Positions 12,506 to 24,154 of a DNA stretch of 59,630 bases are shown in pieces. The stretch is from positions 1-59,630 of the forward strand of contig NIVC01004118.1 of NCBI GenBank assembly GCA_002269645.1, read 5' to 3'. Source of the stretch: Macrostomum lignano. Taxonomy: Eukaryota. A model generated the notes under the pieces. It was not told the origin of the DNA. It saw nothing but the letters and a program-made list of their open reading frames with translations, and did no database searches. The position numbers were made by a program, and so were the translations under genes. Positions within the stretch are counted from its first letter, which is position 1, and every line of letters begins with the position of its first letter.

Positions 12506-15500
12506 TTTGTTGGCAGTTGGCTGCAGTTTAGACACAGTTAGTATTGAAAAAGAAATATGGAAATTAAACATTCGATTTTGAAAGGCTTATTGCAGTATCA
12601 TAGTTTTAGGCATAGAATACCCAACAGAATCATGATTGTCATGAAATCCATCGAGGGATGAGAATACAAACTGCATGAGAATACAAACAAAAAGGCAAAG
12701 CACAAATATCTGGATTTCCTATTGATATATAACTACAAGCTATGTACACTTGTATATTTCATAGTCTAGGTCATGCTAAGCTCATGCCAGAAGAAAATTT
12801 CAGCTATTCCTAGATTTAAACCACTCATGCCAAATAAATAAATGTCACCAAAAGTTTATACTAGATGCAATGTGAAAACAGAAAAATAACATAAAATAAC
12901 TTTAAAGCAAAATAGTTAATTAAAAATTAAAAATTAAAAACATGACTTTTGTTAAAAAAATAGTACTTTTGGACATAGCTGCCATATAGACTTATATACT
13001 TGGAATAACAGCCAAGCCTAGCTAGGGCAATGTCAATATCCAGCTTAGATCTGATCTGAATATTAAGTATGCATGGCCTTATTGTATTATTTGAACTTAC
13101 AGAATATTGCAAAACTACTTATAACTTATAAAACTTTGATTGTGAAACAACTATTGAGAATAGTGGCACAATAAAATTTAAAGACAATTTTGTTTTATTT
13201 AATTATTTCTGTATGCTGTAACAGCACAAAAAAATTCATTAATCTAGCAAGTTCAATATCAGCCAAGCTTATTTTGGGAAAATCCTTCAGGAAAATTGCC
13301 AGAAAGCTTTTAAGAAGGAGAGGTACCAGAAGTTACTTATCAGCAGTGAGAGAGATAGCAGGTGCATGTTGCCAGACTGTACCAAACCATCTTGGATAGA
13401 TGTGGAGGCAACAGCTTCTATTATGCCACTGCGCATGGCAATGCTCTTGTTGAGAAGTGCATTTCACCTCAGAAGTTTGACAACAAGATTGAGCATCATG
13501 GAATATATAAGTCAACAAGGAAAAGAGACTAACATATCAAAATTAAATAATTATAATAATGATATATTCTAAATTGATGCAATATTGTTTATTGGTCTTT
13601 ATATTTATTTAGTTTATTAGTTAATTAGTTTACTTTAATCTACTTTAATCATGAGAACTTATTACTTTGTCAGGCATTACTTACACCTTAAATTCTAAAC
13701 AAACTTTTGGGCAATTTATTCTTGCAATTTATGCAATTTCCAATATTCTGTATTTCAAATAATTTTTTCATTTAGCCTAGTAACTTTGAAACATTTTAGT
13801 ATATGACTAAATGACTTTCCAGATTTATATAGCTTGATTGCCCATTTGCAATTGTTATATGCTATGACTCTGTTAAAAAGCTAGTTATAAATGCTCTTCT
13901 ACCATATTCTAACCAAAGAAAGACATACTTCTTTCTGTTATGGATGATGCAATGGTTATGCTTAATCTTGGAGCAAATCCAAGTACCCAACAACGGTTAA
14001 ATGTCATCTAATAAGACAACTAGAAAGGAGATAACTGGACAAGATTTCTAAAATCCTTGTTTACAGCTAAAGGACTTTAGACTCAATGACAATGACAGTC
14101 AGTTTAGATATTGTTTTTCAGTTTAGCAAAGTACTAGGTACGAAAAATTCTAATCAGTAGAATAAAAGGCAACATTTCAATGTACATCTAGAATTACTAT
14201 CATTTGATATTAACAAAAGAAAATAAGTTAACAATTGCAGAATACCATTGTTTCTGACTATTATTATTTATGGAAATGGAATTAGTCAAGTAGTTGCTAT
14301 CATTCTAATAGCAAATAAATAGACAAATAAAGTTTGTAGATTTATTAATTAATTCAGATTTAGATTGTTAACAAAGACCCTTTAACAATTATAGTACTTT
14401 TTAAGGTTTTTCAAGTATTATGATTAAAAGAATTTAAATGCTATAAGGTCTTGCTTCTTGTTGTTTTAACTTTAAAGTATATTATAGCTACCAATAGCTA
14501 CCAATATCTCTAGACTCATGTCACATGGTTTTTATATGAAGAATATAATTATGCACCATGTCTGAGTATAAATCTATTTAATATTAACCATAAAAGCACC
14601 ATGCAGCCTTTATTGACATAGCTACTATCTTTAATGTGGTATGCATTCTAAATTGGCAATACCTAGCATTAGCACTAAAACCTATTTTTAATAGCTATGG
14701 ATCTGGAAATTCCTTTGCAGGCACTTTGGAAGTTTGAATTTCTACTTTACCAGTGCTCACTACCCAAAAGTGAGAAAGAAAACATTTGCCAGCTTATTAA
14801 AACTTTGTTGGCAAAGCATTTTGAAAATGGACAACTAGTCATAATGAAAGACTTGCAAAATTTGCAAGTTAATCTAGTATTAGCATTGGCTAGGATGATT
14901 TATCTAGAATTATTGAGCATCTTTCTAAAAAAGGAATTGTGTATCTTCTTGGTAATAGTGACAATAACAAAGTTAGATCATCCTATGGAAATCCTATCAT
15001 CCTATCATTGATAGATCGTCAATGGAAATAGCAAGATGTTGATAGTCAAAACTTAGGTAATGAAATCTAAGAACTTTCCAACAGATAAAACCAAGGTCAA
15101 GTCAAAATAGGTCAAGTCAAATATTTTGTTAAACAAGAAGCCTTCTTAAAGTATTTTGAAGTCAAATGTATCTTATATAGGTTTCATGTTTTTTAAACAT
15201 TTAATTATAGTAAAAACCATTTTTAATATAGATCTATAAGTGATGAGGTTCTCAAAATCCTTAAAAATATGATAGACACCAAGCAAGACAAACTATAAGC
15301 AAGGCATTTTTCTACTAATTTGGCCCTAAATAAGTACCAGTGTCAATGGGTCTAATGCTTTGTTTAAAAACTTCATTCAATACATTATACAACTTATCAT
15401 ATAGAAAGCTTAAACCAGAAGTTAAAGCAAATAATCCACTGCAAAATTTTGATAGACTTTGTCAATAAGGAAGTTTTGTGGAAGCTAGAAGAACAAATAT

Positions 15501-15935
15501 ACTTGCAATCTAAAGGTTAAAGTATATGTGATGCAAAATATACCTGTTTATAGCTGACAATATAGATGAATTTATGAAATTGCTAACTTTTTATAGCTCT
15601 TGGCTTGTAATTTATCAGCTGCTAATTGCTAATAGCATTGATAATAGGGATAAAGCTAGCCACTATAAGTATAGAATTAGTCATTGACTCTTAATTAGAA
15701 ATATAGCTACTATTTCCTCTATAAGTTTTTGTATTATAGACAAAGCTACTATATCTAAATAGGCCTAGGCCTATAACATTTATAAAAGCAATAAAAGCCT
15801 TGTTTTTTTATTTAATTTCTCAATTATAAATTTTTTAAAAGATAAATATTGTATTTTGAAACTATTTTTATAACTTGTATTGGCTGCATAGATTTTTCAA
15901 ACTTATCCTAATAAGAGACAGTCTATAATAATACA

Positions 15936-16045
15936 TGCTTGGGCGCAACCTTGGGATTCACTTAGCCATTTCTATTGGCAACACATACATGTATATTGCT
16001 ATTGGACAGAATAGTAATCATGTGACTACTCTTAGCCAATAGTGC
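15936..16045 (+). mobile_element. Partial copy of the foldback MITE at 28965-29124
   Basis: Shared TGCTTGGGCGCAACC..GGGATTCAC...TTTCTATTGGCAACAC...TTGCTATTGGACAGAATAGTA. Confidence 0.75.
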
Positions 16046-17553
16046 AATTTTACAAAATTACAAATTACGAATTTTAAAAAATTCCCTCATATAACTTTGT
16101 CAGCTAAGTTTTATTAGTAGCCATAAGTGGCCACACTGTATCTCAATATATGCAGTTATAAATATAAAGACTAAAGACATTATATCTCTATATATGTATA
16201 TATATTTACTTACATATATTTGCCCTCCCCTTTTTACATGTTGACAAAGTTGACATTGCATATATAGTCATTAAGAAATATAAATGTATAAGAAAGGTTG
16301 CAATAAGGTCAATGCTCATTTAAATATATATTAAATTAAAACAAGTTGTCTTATGACTCTTACTATTAACAAATACAATGAAATAAAAAGCACCATGCAA
16401 ATATGCATCTATAAAATAAAATTACAACACTACACAAGCACTAATCTATGTAAAGCATGCATTTGGATGACAATTATACTTTTGTTATAGTGATAAGTTA
16501 AACCTTATTAATACCAGAAAAACAAATTTACTTGTTATTTATATAGTTCGGGCTAAAAATGCAAACTTCCGAAGGGCATAGCAATGACCCCAAAGAATAC
16601 TTTTTTGGACTCTTTTCGTTTTTAAAAATAATCTCGTTTCTAAGAACTCTTTTCGTTTCGTTTTAACTGCAATCTTAACTTTATATTTTAATTTTTGCAT
16701 AAACAATGAATACACAAATAACCATGGGTTTGTATAACCATGCATTCGCCTTCGTCTTTTTTAAATTTCATTATATTTTTGAGACTGCAATCTGCATGTA
16801 TATTGGATAGGCCTACTCAGATAACCGAATTCGTCAACAGTGCCTATTAAGGTAGTTCGTCAATTGTCAACTCGGTGGCACCCTATAGTTAGGCCTATAC
16901 GTCAGACATTATTAGAAAGACATTACAACAATAAAGAACCCTTTCTTGCATCAAAAAACCGTTGGTTCGTTACTATAATGGCAAATATGATTATCTGATT
17001 GAGTGGTGCGAGCTAGTGGATGGTGAATCGGTGATGGCGCTTGAATGACTCCAAAGCTTAAATTCCAATGAAATCTCTATGCGGTGCTATTATACGTATG
17101 CGTCTTAAAAAGAAAACCTTTGGCTTGAACGGGCCAGTACCTAGGGAACGTAACCAATCACGAGCGCGCAACCACACACTGCATTTAGGATTAGGCCTAC
17201 TATACGATCGAGCTACCCGCGGCACAAAAAACCTTCCCTTTCACAGTTTGAATGAAATACATTTCTTACGGTAAGAAAAACAAAAAATAACGTAATTAGA
17301 AATAGTAAGAGAAAACTAAATTACAAGATATTACTGAGGATACCATTTCTTTAAATGAATTTCGATTTACATAAAAAACAAAGTTATTGACTACGCTGTA
17401 AACGACAACGTCACAACTGGCTCTGTGCCAGTCAGGAAGGTGTTCAGTGTATGCCAGTTAAGGCAAAATTTTAGAAAATGAAAGCTAAGAGATACAATTA
17501 GGCCTAATGCAGCTTTGAACTAGGTAGGCCCAGAGTAAACCTATTGCTTGATA

Positions 17554-17737
17554 CAGTGGTGCAACCAAGGGTGTGGGCGGCGGGGGGGGGGCGACGGCCC
17601 TTAGGCGGAGACCGGAAAAAAATCAAAGGGGGGACCAAGCGAATTTTCGCCAAAAACAGAGTCACTCGTCTGCCCCTCCTCCCGGGTCTTTCCCTCCAGA
17701 ATCCGGCCCCCCTCAAAAAATTTCTGGTTGCGCTATT
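17554..17737. mobile_element. G-run MITE with imperfect TIRs (CAGTGGTGCAACCA / TGGTTGCGCTA)
   Basis: Imperfect TIRs; interior similar in inverted orientation to 17845-17935. Confidence 0.5.
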
Positions 17738-17844
17738 AACTGGCTTATAGCTTTGTAAGCTGTATAATAGCTGTATAGCTACCATGCCGCAATCAGAAAT
17801 TTGGTGAGGTCGAGGGTGTATTCTGGAAGATGGTTAAGAGACAG

Positions 17845-18274
17845 GATGCGGAGTGGCGGTCGGGACTGCATTTTGGCGAAAATTGGCTTGGTCCACTAGC
17901 ATTTTTTCTGGGTCTCCTCTGTTGAGGGCCTGATCGGGGGAACTTTGGGAGTGCCTGCGACGCCTAAAGGAAATTGCCTTCGGCGCTAAAACGAGTGACT
18001 GCGGCGCTAAAAGGAGTGACTGCGGCGCTAAAAGGAGTGCCTGCGGCGCTAAAAGGAATGCCTGCGGCGCCAAAGTGAGTGCCTGCTGCGCCAAAAAGTA
18101 CCTGCGGCGCCAAAATGAGTGCCTGCGGCGCTAAAAGGAGTACCTGCGGCGCCAAAATGAGCGCTGAGAACACGATTATTAAAGTAACGAAAATGTAGGA
18201 ATTTAGTCATGTATACATGTACATCTTGAATTCTTGGCTGTCCCCCCACCAAAAAATCCATGGCGACGCCCCTT
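17845..18274 (-). mobile_element. MITE-like element ending TGGCGACGCCCCT with an internal 20-21-bp tandem repeat (GAGTGCCTGCGGCGCTAAAAG, ~17975-18160)
   Basis: Terminus and interior are inverted homologs of 18994-19170. Confidence 0.6.
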
Positions 18275-18993
18275 AAACGGGGTGCCGTGCAGTGACGCGA
18301 TCAGCTCAGTCAAGGAGACCGCTGAGAATATATGATTCGGGTCCACAGGAGAGTTGCTCGGGCCACCTAATTGGAGATCACGATGAGACTGCCTCACAAA
18401 GATGCCAGGCTCAAAGGATGGGTTGAATTGATATACCAGGTATTACCAGCAGGGTATACCATACCAGATCCACGGCTTCTCGGAGACCAGAACAAACTAC
18501 CATCATCCGCCGGCACAAACTACCCATCAGGCAAGGGTCGAACATTCGTGGGCATGCCCAGCGGACGTGCTGTCGTTTCCAGACTTGCGCTGACACTCAC
18601 CACAGACAGCTAGATAATACATGTATGATTATGTATGATCGAGTTAAGGCGCTGAATCACACTCCAAAAGCCTATAGGATTCCCCGAATTCCCGTTGGGT
18701 CTGACTGGCAGGATACCTCTGGGGCTTATGCCTTATAGTTGGCCCTTGGATCTAGCTTTTGGGGCACGAGGCCTGACCAGGTGCATGTCAACAACAAGTG
18801 GGCAGCTTTAGGCTAACTCAAGCTATGACTCTGCACTCTCTCCTCACCAGCCTACCATACAAGCTGGGCCAATCGCATGACGCAAATTGCATCACCCATA
18901 GTTAAGATGACAACCGCGGACTGGAATTTTAATTTGGGGCTGAGAAAGTTGATCACTGCATGGTTTCGGGGTGGAAACTACATGCATGTAACA

Positions 18994-19170
18994 CAGGGGC
19001 GTCGCCATATAGATTTTATGGTGGGGGGACAAAGCCATGTGAAGAATTCGACATGTACATGTACATGCACATTAGTTTCAGAATCGGTGTTGTCAGCGCT
19101 CATTTGGCGCCCTCAGGCACTCATTTTGGCGCACATGTCTCCCCTGTCCCCTCCGGTGGCGACGCCCCTG
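18994..19170. mobile_element. Non-autonomous hAT-like MITE
   Basis: Perfect 14-bp TIR CAGGGGCGTCGCCA/TGGCGACGCCCCTG; degenerate 8-bp TSD ATGTAACA/AACTAACA (6/8). Confidence 0.75.
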
Positions 19171-19359
19171 AACTAACATATTGTTGATTGCAACTGTTGC
19201 TCGACAGTGAAGCCGCGATCATCACTTCTCAAATATTGTTTATTTTATTTACTAGATAATTGCTTGTTACAGTACAAAGCAACGTTATGAATTAAGTTCC
19301 TACATGTGACGAGCTACATCTGCACGAATAAACTATGCAGACCATCAATAAGATATTCA

Positions 19360-19790
19360 ACAATTCTGCCAGAAGATCGGATTTTTTTCGACCTTGTATT
19401 TAAAACACCCTGTGCGCCAATTAGTATTTGTGCCTCAGCCTTAACAAGCCTTCAAATTTCATCAGCACGTCCGACCCGTGTCTGCGACAGCTCTGAACCT
19501 CGTTGTTCACTGCATGGCCTTCACCCAGGCGGGACGAGCTTCTGGACCTTCAACATGTGGCACCAGGTGACTACGGACACCCTGTTTCTCTAGTTTCGCT
19601 TATCAAGCCTCGACAGTGGGCAAACCTCAAATGCTGGATATCCTCAGCTAGGGCTGGAGACTCGATTCTTGTTTGAAAAGGTGCGCAGCAAACAGTTGGG
19701 CCGTGTTCTTGAATTTTGTGTGGTCTGAATTGCATATTTTCGGCGCAGCAAAAAAAATTCTGGGGTGGGCCGGAAACTCCCCCCCCCTTA
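19360..19790. repeat. Dispersed repeat homologous to 39975-40365, with one half inverted
   Basis: 19360-19610 matches 40110-40365 directly; 19610-19790 matches 39975-40110 as reverse complement. Confidence 0.75.
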
Positions 19791-22324
19791 AGTAGTAGTT
19801 CTACTGATAGTATGGAGCCCTGATATATGCACATTATTTTTAATAAGCAGCAGTGCCCTCCAAATAGTTCAAATTCGCTAGCGCTATCTGTGATGAATCG
19901 ATGTATTTAAATTGAGAGCATTCATACATTGGTAGCGTATGGGGGGATAAGCCTTCAAACATTTCTAAGAAACGATAATTGTCGCAACCTACATTTATTT
20001 CGTGGGGGTGCGGATCCACTACTTCAATATGTTTAGTCCGTCAATACTCATTAGAAACCGCGCTGAGAAACTCCATTTCTGATTAAATCAATGACAAAAA
20101 ATCTATGCAAAAAGAACCAAAGCAAATTGCATTTGACGATAATAGAAATAATCTGTCAAGTAGTAACTGTATATTTCAGAGACGAAAAAATGAACATCAA
20201 ATAAAACGCAATTAACGCGGCTCCTATAAAAGTAAACAACAGGTTCCGCAAAATCCTACTTTAAAGCTGCTAATGAGTTATGGACTTACATCGCAGAGCT
20301 ATATGCTATTCGCCTGTAATAAACGAGGCAGGGACAATGGAAAATTCTACGATTTTGCTAGCACCTCCTACAGTCGCTTCCGCTTGCCAAGTGCAGTTGG
20401 AGGAGTTGAATCTCATCGGTGCTCAACATTCTATTTGTCCGGTTAATAATTATATAGTATAACGGACGAATCAGCGAGTGAAAGCGTTTCAACCCGACGA
20501 GATACAACTCTCTCCACTGGACCTGCAAGACTTGATGGTCTGGTGCTGCGCGAACTGGGATTGTATAAGGCGAATCGCCGAGCAGCATGGAACCAGGCCG
20601 GTTCCTCTTTCCTGCAGCGCTTAGCTATAGAAAGGAGGAGAGGCCACTCGAGTCCCCGTGCGCGGGGCTTTATTATTTCAGTCGATCCCTTATCTCTGCT
20701 GAGCTCTCTCCGAGCTTGGATAAGATAAAGGGCCCTTCGTTCCATTCGAATGGGCGGGTGAGGGCTCTGGACACGCGCGCTGTGCCATTGTGCAGGCGCA
20801 CGTTTCTGGCTTGTTGCTGCGGCTATCTACACGTAATACGCTATAGATTAGCTATGGACCCATGCGTTTAGGCGTGCAGTGTGTTCCCAGTCCCACACAG
20901 GCTTATAAAGTTAAATCTTATTGATTTTCCGACAATACGGTGTATCTCAGTCTCGGCCAGGGTCTCGGTCCACCCTTGAGAAACTTTATTATCGGACCTG
21001 CTATCGGTATAAGCCGCTGCCCCCATGCTGTATCAATTGCCTCGAGCTTATTCGAGTTTACTCAGGCTCGGTTCAATATTATTCGATCCTGATAAAAAAC
21101 AGGCCTCAAATATATGGCTTTAGCTGCAACTTGACTCTGTTTACAAGGCTTGGGTGGGGGTGGCTGTGCCATTGAATGCAGCAATTTGGTGTCAATAATA
21201 ACGCCTGGAGATTGCGCACGACTTTGCAGAGGTCACCCATTAAGCCTGCTCATGCAGTCCAAAATATTCCTAATAAGGTGGAGGACTTTGACCCCCATCT
21301 GAGAAAAATGTGGATTCGATATTCATTCAGTTTGTTTTCAGGAAATTTTGAGCTCAGTTAATGCTAGAGTTTGAAAATGCCTGGACAATACTTCTGCGCT
21401 GCGATACGGCCAGAGCATTCATTTGACCACCTGACCCGCCAAAGTTTTACAATTGTATGATATTCCATACTGTGCTGGAGTCTTAACTTGTTGGGCCTCG
21501 AACTACTGCCAAATATTCTGAAAAGTATTCTGTATTTCGCTTTCTGTAGATTAGACAATACAAGTGCAATACAATGCATAACTCTGCTTCACTTCTTTCG
21601 GAGAAAATCTTCTCCCGGCGGGGAAAAAGGGTGCCCTGGCTGCTGCTAAATATCCGATCATGTAAACAGCCCGTGTGACTTCTTTTTAATCTAAATACAA
21701 TTCTACAAAATGTAGAAAACAACTCAACAAAAACTACCATAACTGTGGTCGCTCCCGCTTTTAGCGTCTTCATGTTCTCTTAACTCTACTGCAAGTAATA
21801 CATAAACTATGCTGTGACTGCAACATAACAATAGTTAATTGGATTGTGTTTATAAGTGTCTAAAGTTGCTATAAAAAAGCACCAGTACCGGTATTGAAGG
21901 AGTCTGACCTATACACTGTTATTCTTCATCATCTTCATTATCCCACCATTCGTCCTTCGTTGCACTTGAATACGAGAAGCCAAGCGAGAAAAGTTGATAG
22001 AATGAATTAATATAAACTTTAAGCCCTTATTCTAAGGACGCTCGCAAGTTGCCATTTCCCCCGGCTATGATAAATACAAGCATTTAGCTGCAAAACTTTC
22101 ATGCGATAGAGTCTAGAGAGAAGAGGAGAGTAGAGGAGAGAGATTAGAGAGAAGGGAGCTGAGAAGACACAAACCTTGAGCTGGCCGGATGCCAAGCCGA
22201 TCCGTTATCGATACTTTACAGGCTTAGGCTACAGGCAACTGAGTGAGTGAGCACCGGTCCTTCATTCCTCTTTGGTAGCAGGAGTGGTATAAGAATTTTG
22301 CTGCCTTAAACCAACTGCCAAACT

Positions 22325-23032
22325 TAACCCTAACCTAGACCCAACCTAAACCCTAACTCTAGCTCTAACCTAGACCCAACCTAAACCCTAACTCTAGCTC
22401 TAACCTAAACCCAACCTAAACCCTAACTCTAGCTCTAACCTAGACCCAACCTAAACCCTAACTCTAGCTCTAATCTAGACCCAACCTAAACCCTAACTCT
22501 AGCTCTAACCTAGACCCAACCTAAACTCTAACTCTAGCTCTAACCTAGACCCAACCTAAACCCTAACTCTAGCTCTAACCTAGACCCAACCTAAACCCTA
22601 GCTCTAGCTCTAACCTAGACCCAACCTAAACCCTAACTCTAGCTCTAACCTAGACCCAACCTAATTACTAACTCTAGCTCTAACCTAGACCCAACCTAAA
22701 CTCTAGCTCTAACCTAGACCCAACCTAAACCCTAGCTCTAGCTCTAACCTAGACCCAACCTAAACCCTAACTCTAGCTCTAACCTAGACCCAACCTAAAC
22801 CCTAACTCTAGCTCTAACCTAGACCCAACCTAAACCCTAACTCTAGCTCTAACCTAGACCCAACCTAAACCCTAACTCTAGCTCTAACCTAGACCCAACC
22901 TAAACCCTAACTCTAGCTCTAACCTAGACCCAACCTAAACCCTAACTCTAGCTCTAACCTAGACCCAACCTAAACCCTAACTCTAGCTCTAACCTAGACC
23001 CAACCTAAACCCTAACTCTCGCTCTAACCTAG
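22325..23032. repeat. 35-bp satellite AACCTAGACCCAACCTAAACCCTAACTCTAGCTCT, about 20 copies, built of telomere-like hexamers
   Basis: 35-bp periodicity; contains CCCTAA and single-mismatch variants. Confidence 0.95.
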
Positions 23033-23155
23033 AACATCGGCAGTCAAATTGAGCCAACCGGATTCAGTAAGTCTACCGATCTAGCATTTACCAGTGTTGC
23101 CAAAAAGTGTGATTCGAACTAGCATGACCGGTTTCTGAGACGTATTAAAGCAGTT

Positions 23156-23490
23156 TCAAGGACTACTTAACAACACAGGACGTTACACTTGCAAATAATG
23201 GCAGAATTCTTAAAGGAATAAATAATGACTTTGAATGTATTTCTGGTTCATCTGTTGGAGAAAATAAAAATAATTAGTCGGAACACGTGCACATAAAAGG
23301 CTGTGTTCACTAGACTTTAATTTCTGTAATAATGATGTGTATAATACATTATTTCTGTAAATAATGTATTATACACATTGCTTCACAAGCAAAAAGGCCA
23401 CTAAAACCATAGACATACATTAAAAGCGGCCTTTTAGAATTCTGCCAATATTTTCAAGTGTAACGTTCTGTGCTGTTAAGTAGTCCTTGA
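23156..23490. mobile_element. Foldback/MITE-like palindromic element
   Basis: ~60-bp imperfect inverted arms (TCAAGGACTACTTAAC...GGCAGAATTCT) plus an internal perfect 19-bp-arm palindrome at 23336-23377. Confidence 0.7.
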
Positions 23491-24154
23491 GCAGTTTCTT
23501 CAACTGCGACTGTTCTCCATCGTTTCTACCGATCTCGGTACACCTGGCCAACAACAAAAAGTCTCTACGTCAACCAAACTGACGCACAGAGTCTGCACTG
23601 CCTCGAGCGGGACAGTTGGACAACCTGAGCCTAGGCTCAGTAAAAAACTGTTTGCCTAAAATGTGAAAAAAGCAAGATAATTTTTAAGCCAAATCAAACT
23701 GGAATACATTTTATCCGACACAGTGCTGACAAAAAATAATAAACTGGTCACAGAACAGAGAAGGACGTGTATATATTCTGTTGGGATATTAATAGACACA
23801 CACGCGGCTGTTTCACAAGTCAATTAACAGTAGACTTCCAATATTCAATGTCAGATATATCATATCCAAAGGTTTCAGTTACACAAAGCAACGAAACTAT
23901 TATTGTTTGGTTAAAATCAATCAAGTTACTGATCGATCTTGCAACAATTGCTATTTTAACCAACTAAGGGGGCAAAAAAATAATAAAGAGATCCAGTAAC
24001 ACAGTGAAGGACTTAAGCAAAACAGTGTTAAGGGAGGGGGCGGCATCAGGAGTCCGACAATAAAGGTGCTTATCGTTACTCAACACACACGAGAAATGCA
24101 TGCGTTAGTCATTGAAAACACACTTTAAAAACAAGAAACTGATAAGATCAGTAA

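Noticed and set aside
18280-18900. Moderately GC-rich stretch with short ORFs (also 1540-2400, 20300-21770 and 39050-39300)
   Set aside because: May be decayed TE coding fragments (39090-39280 minus strand faintly resembles a LINE C-terminal CxxH knuckle), but I could not match convincing motifs or splice structure.
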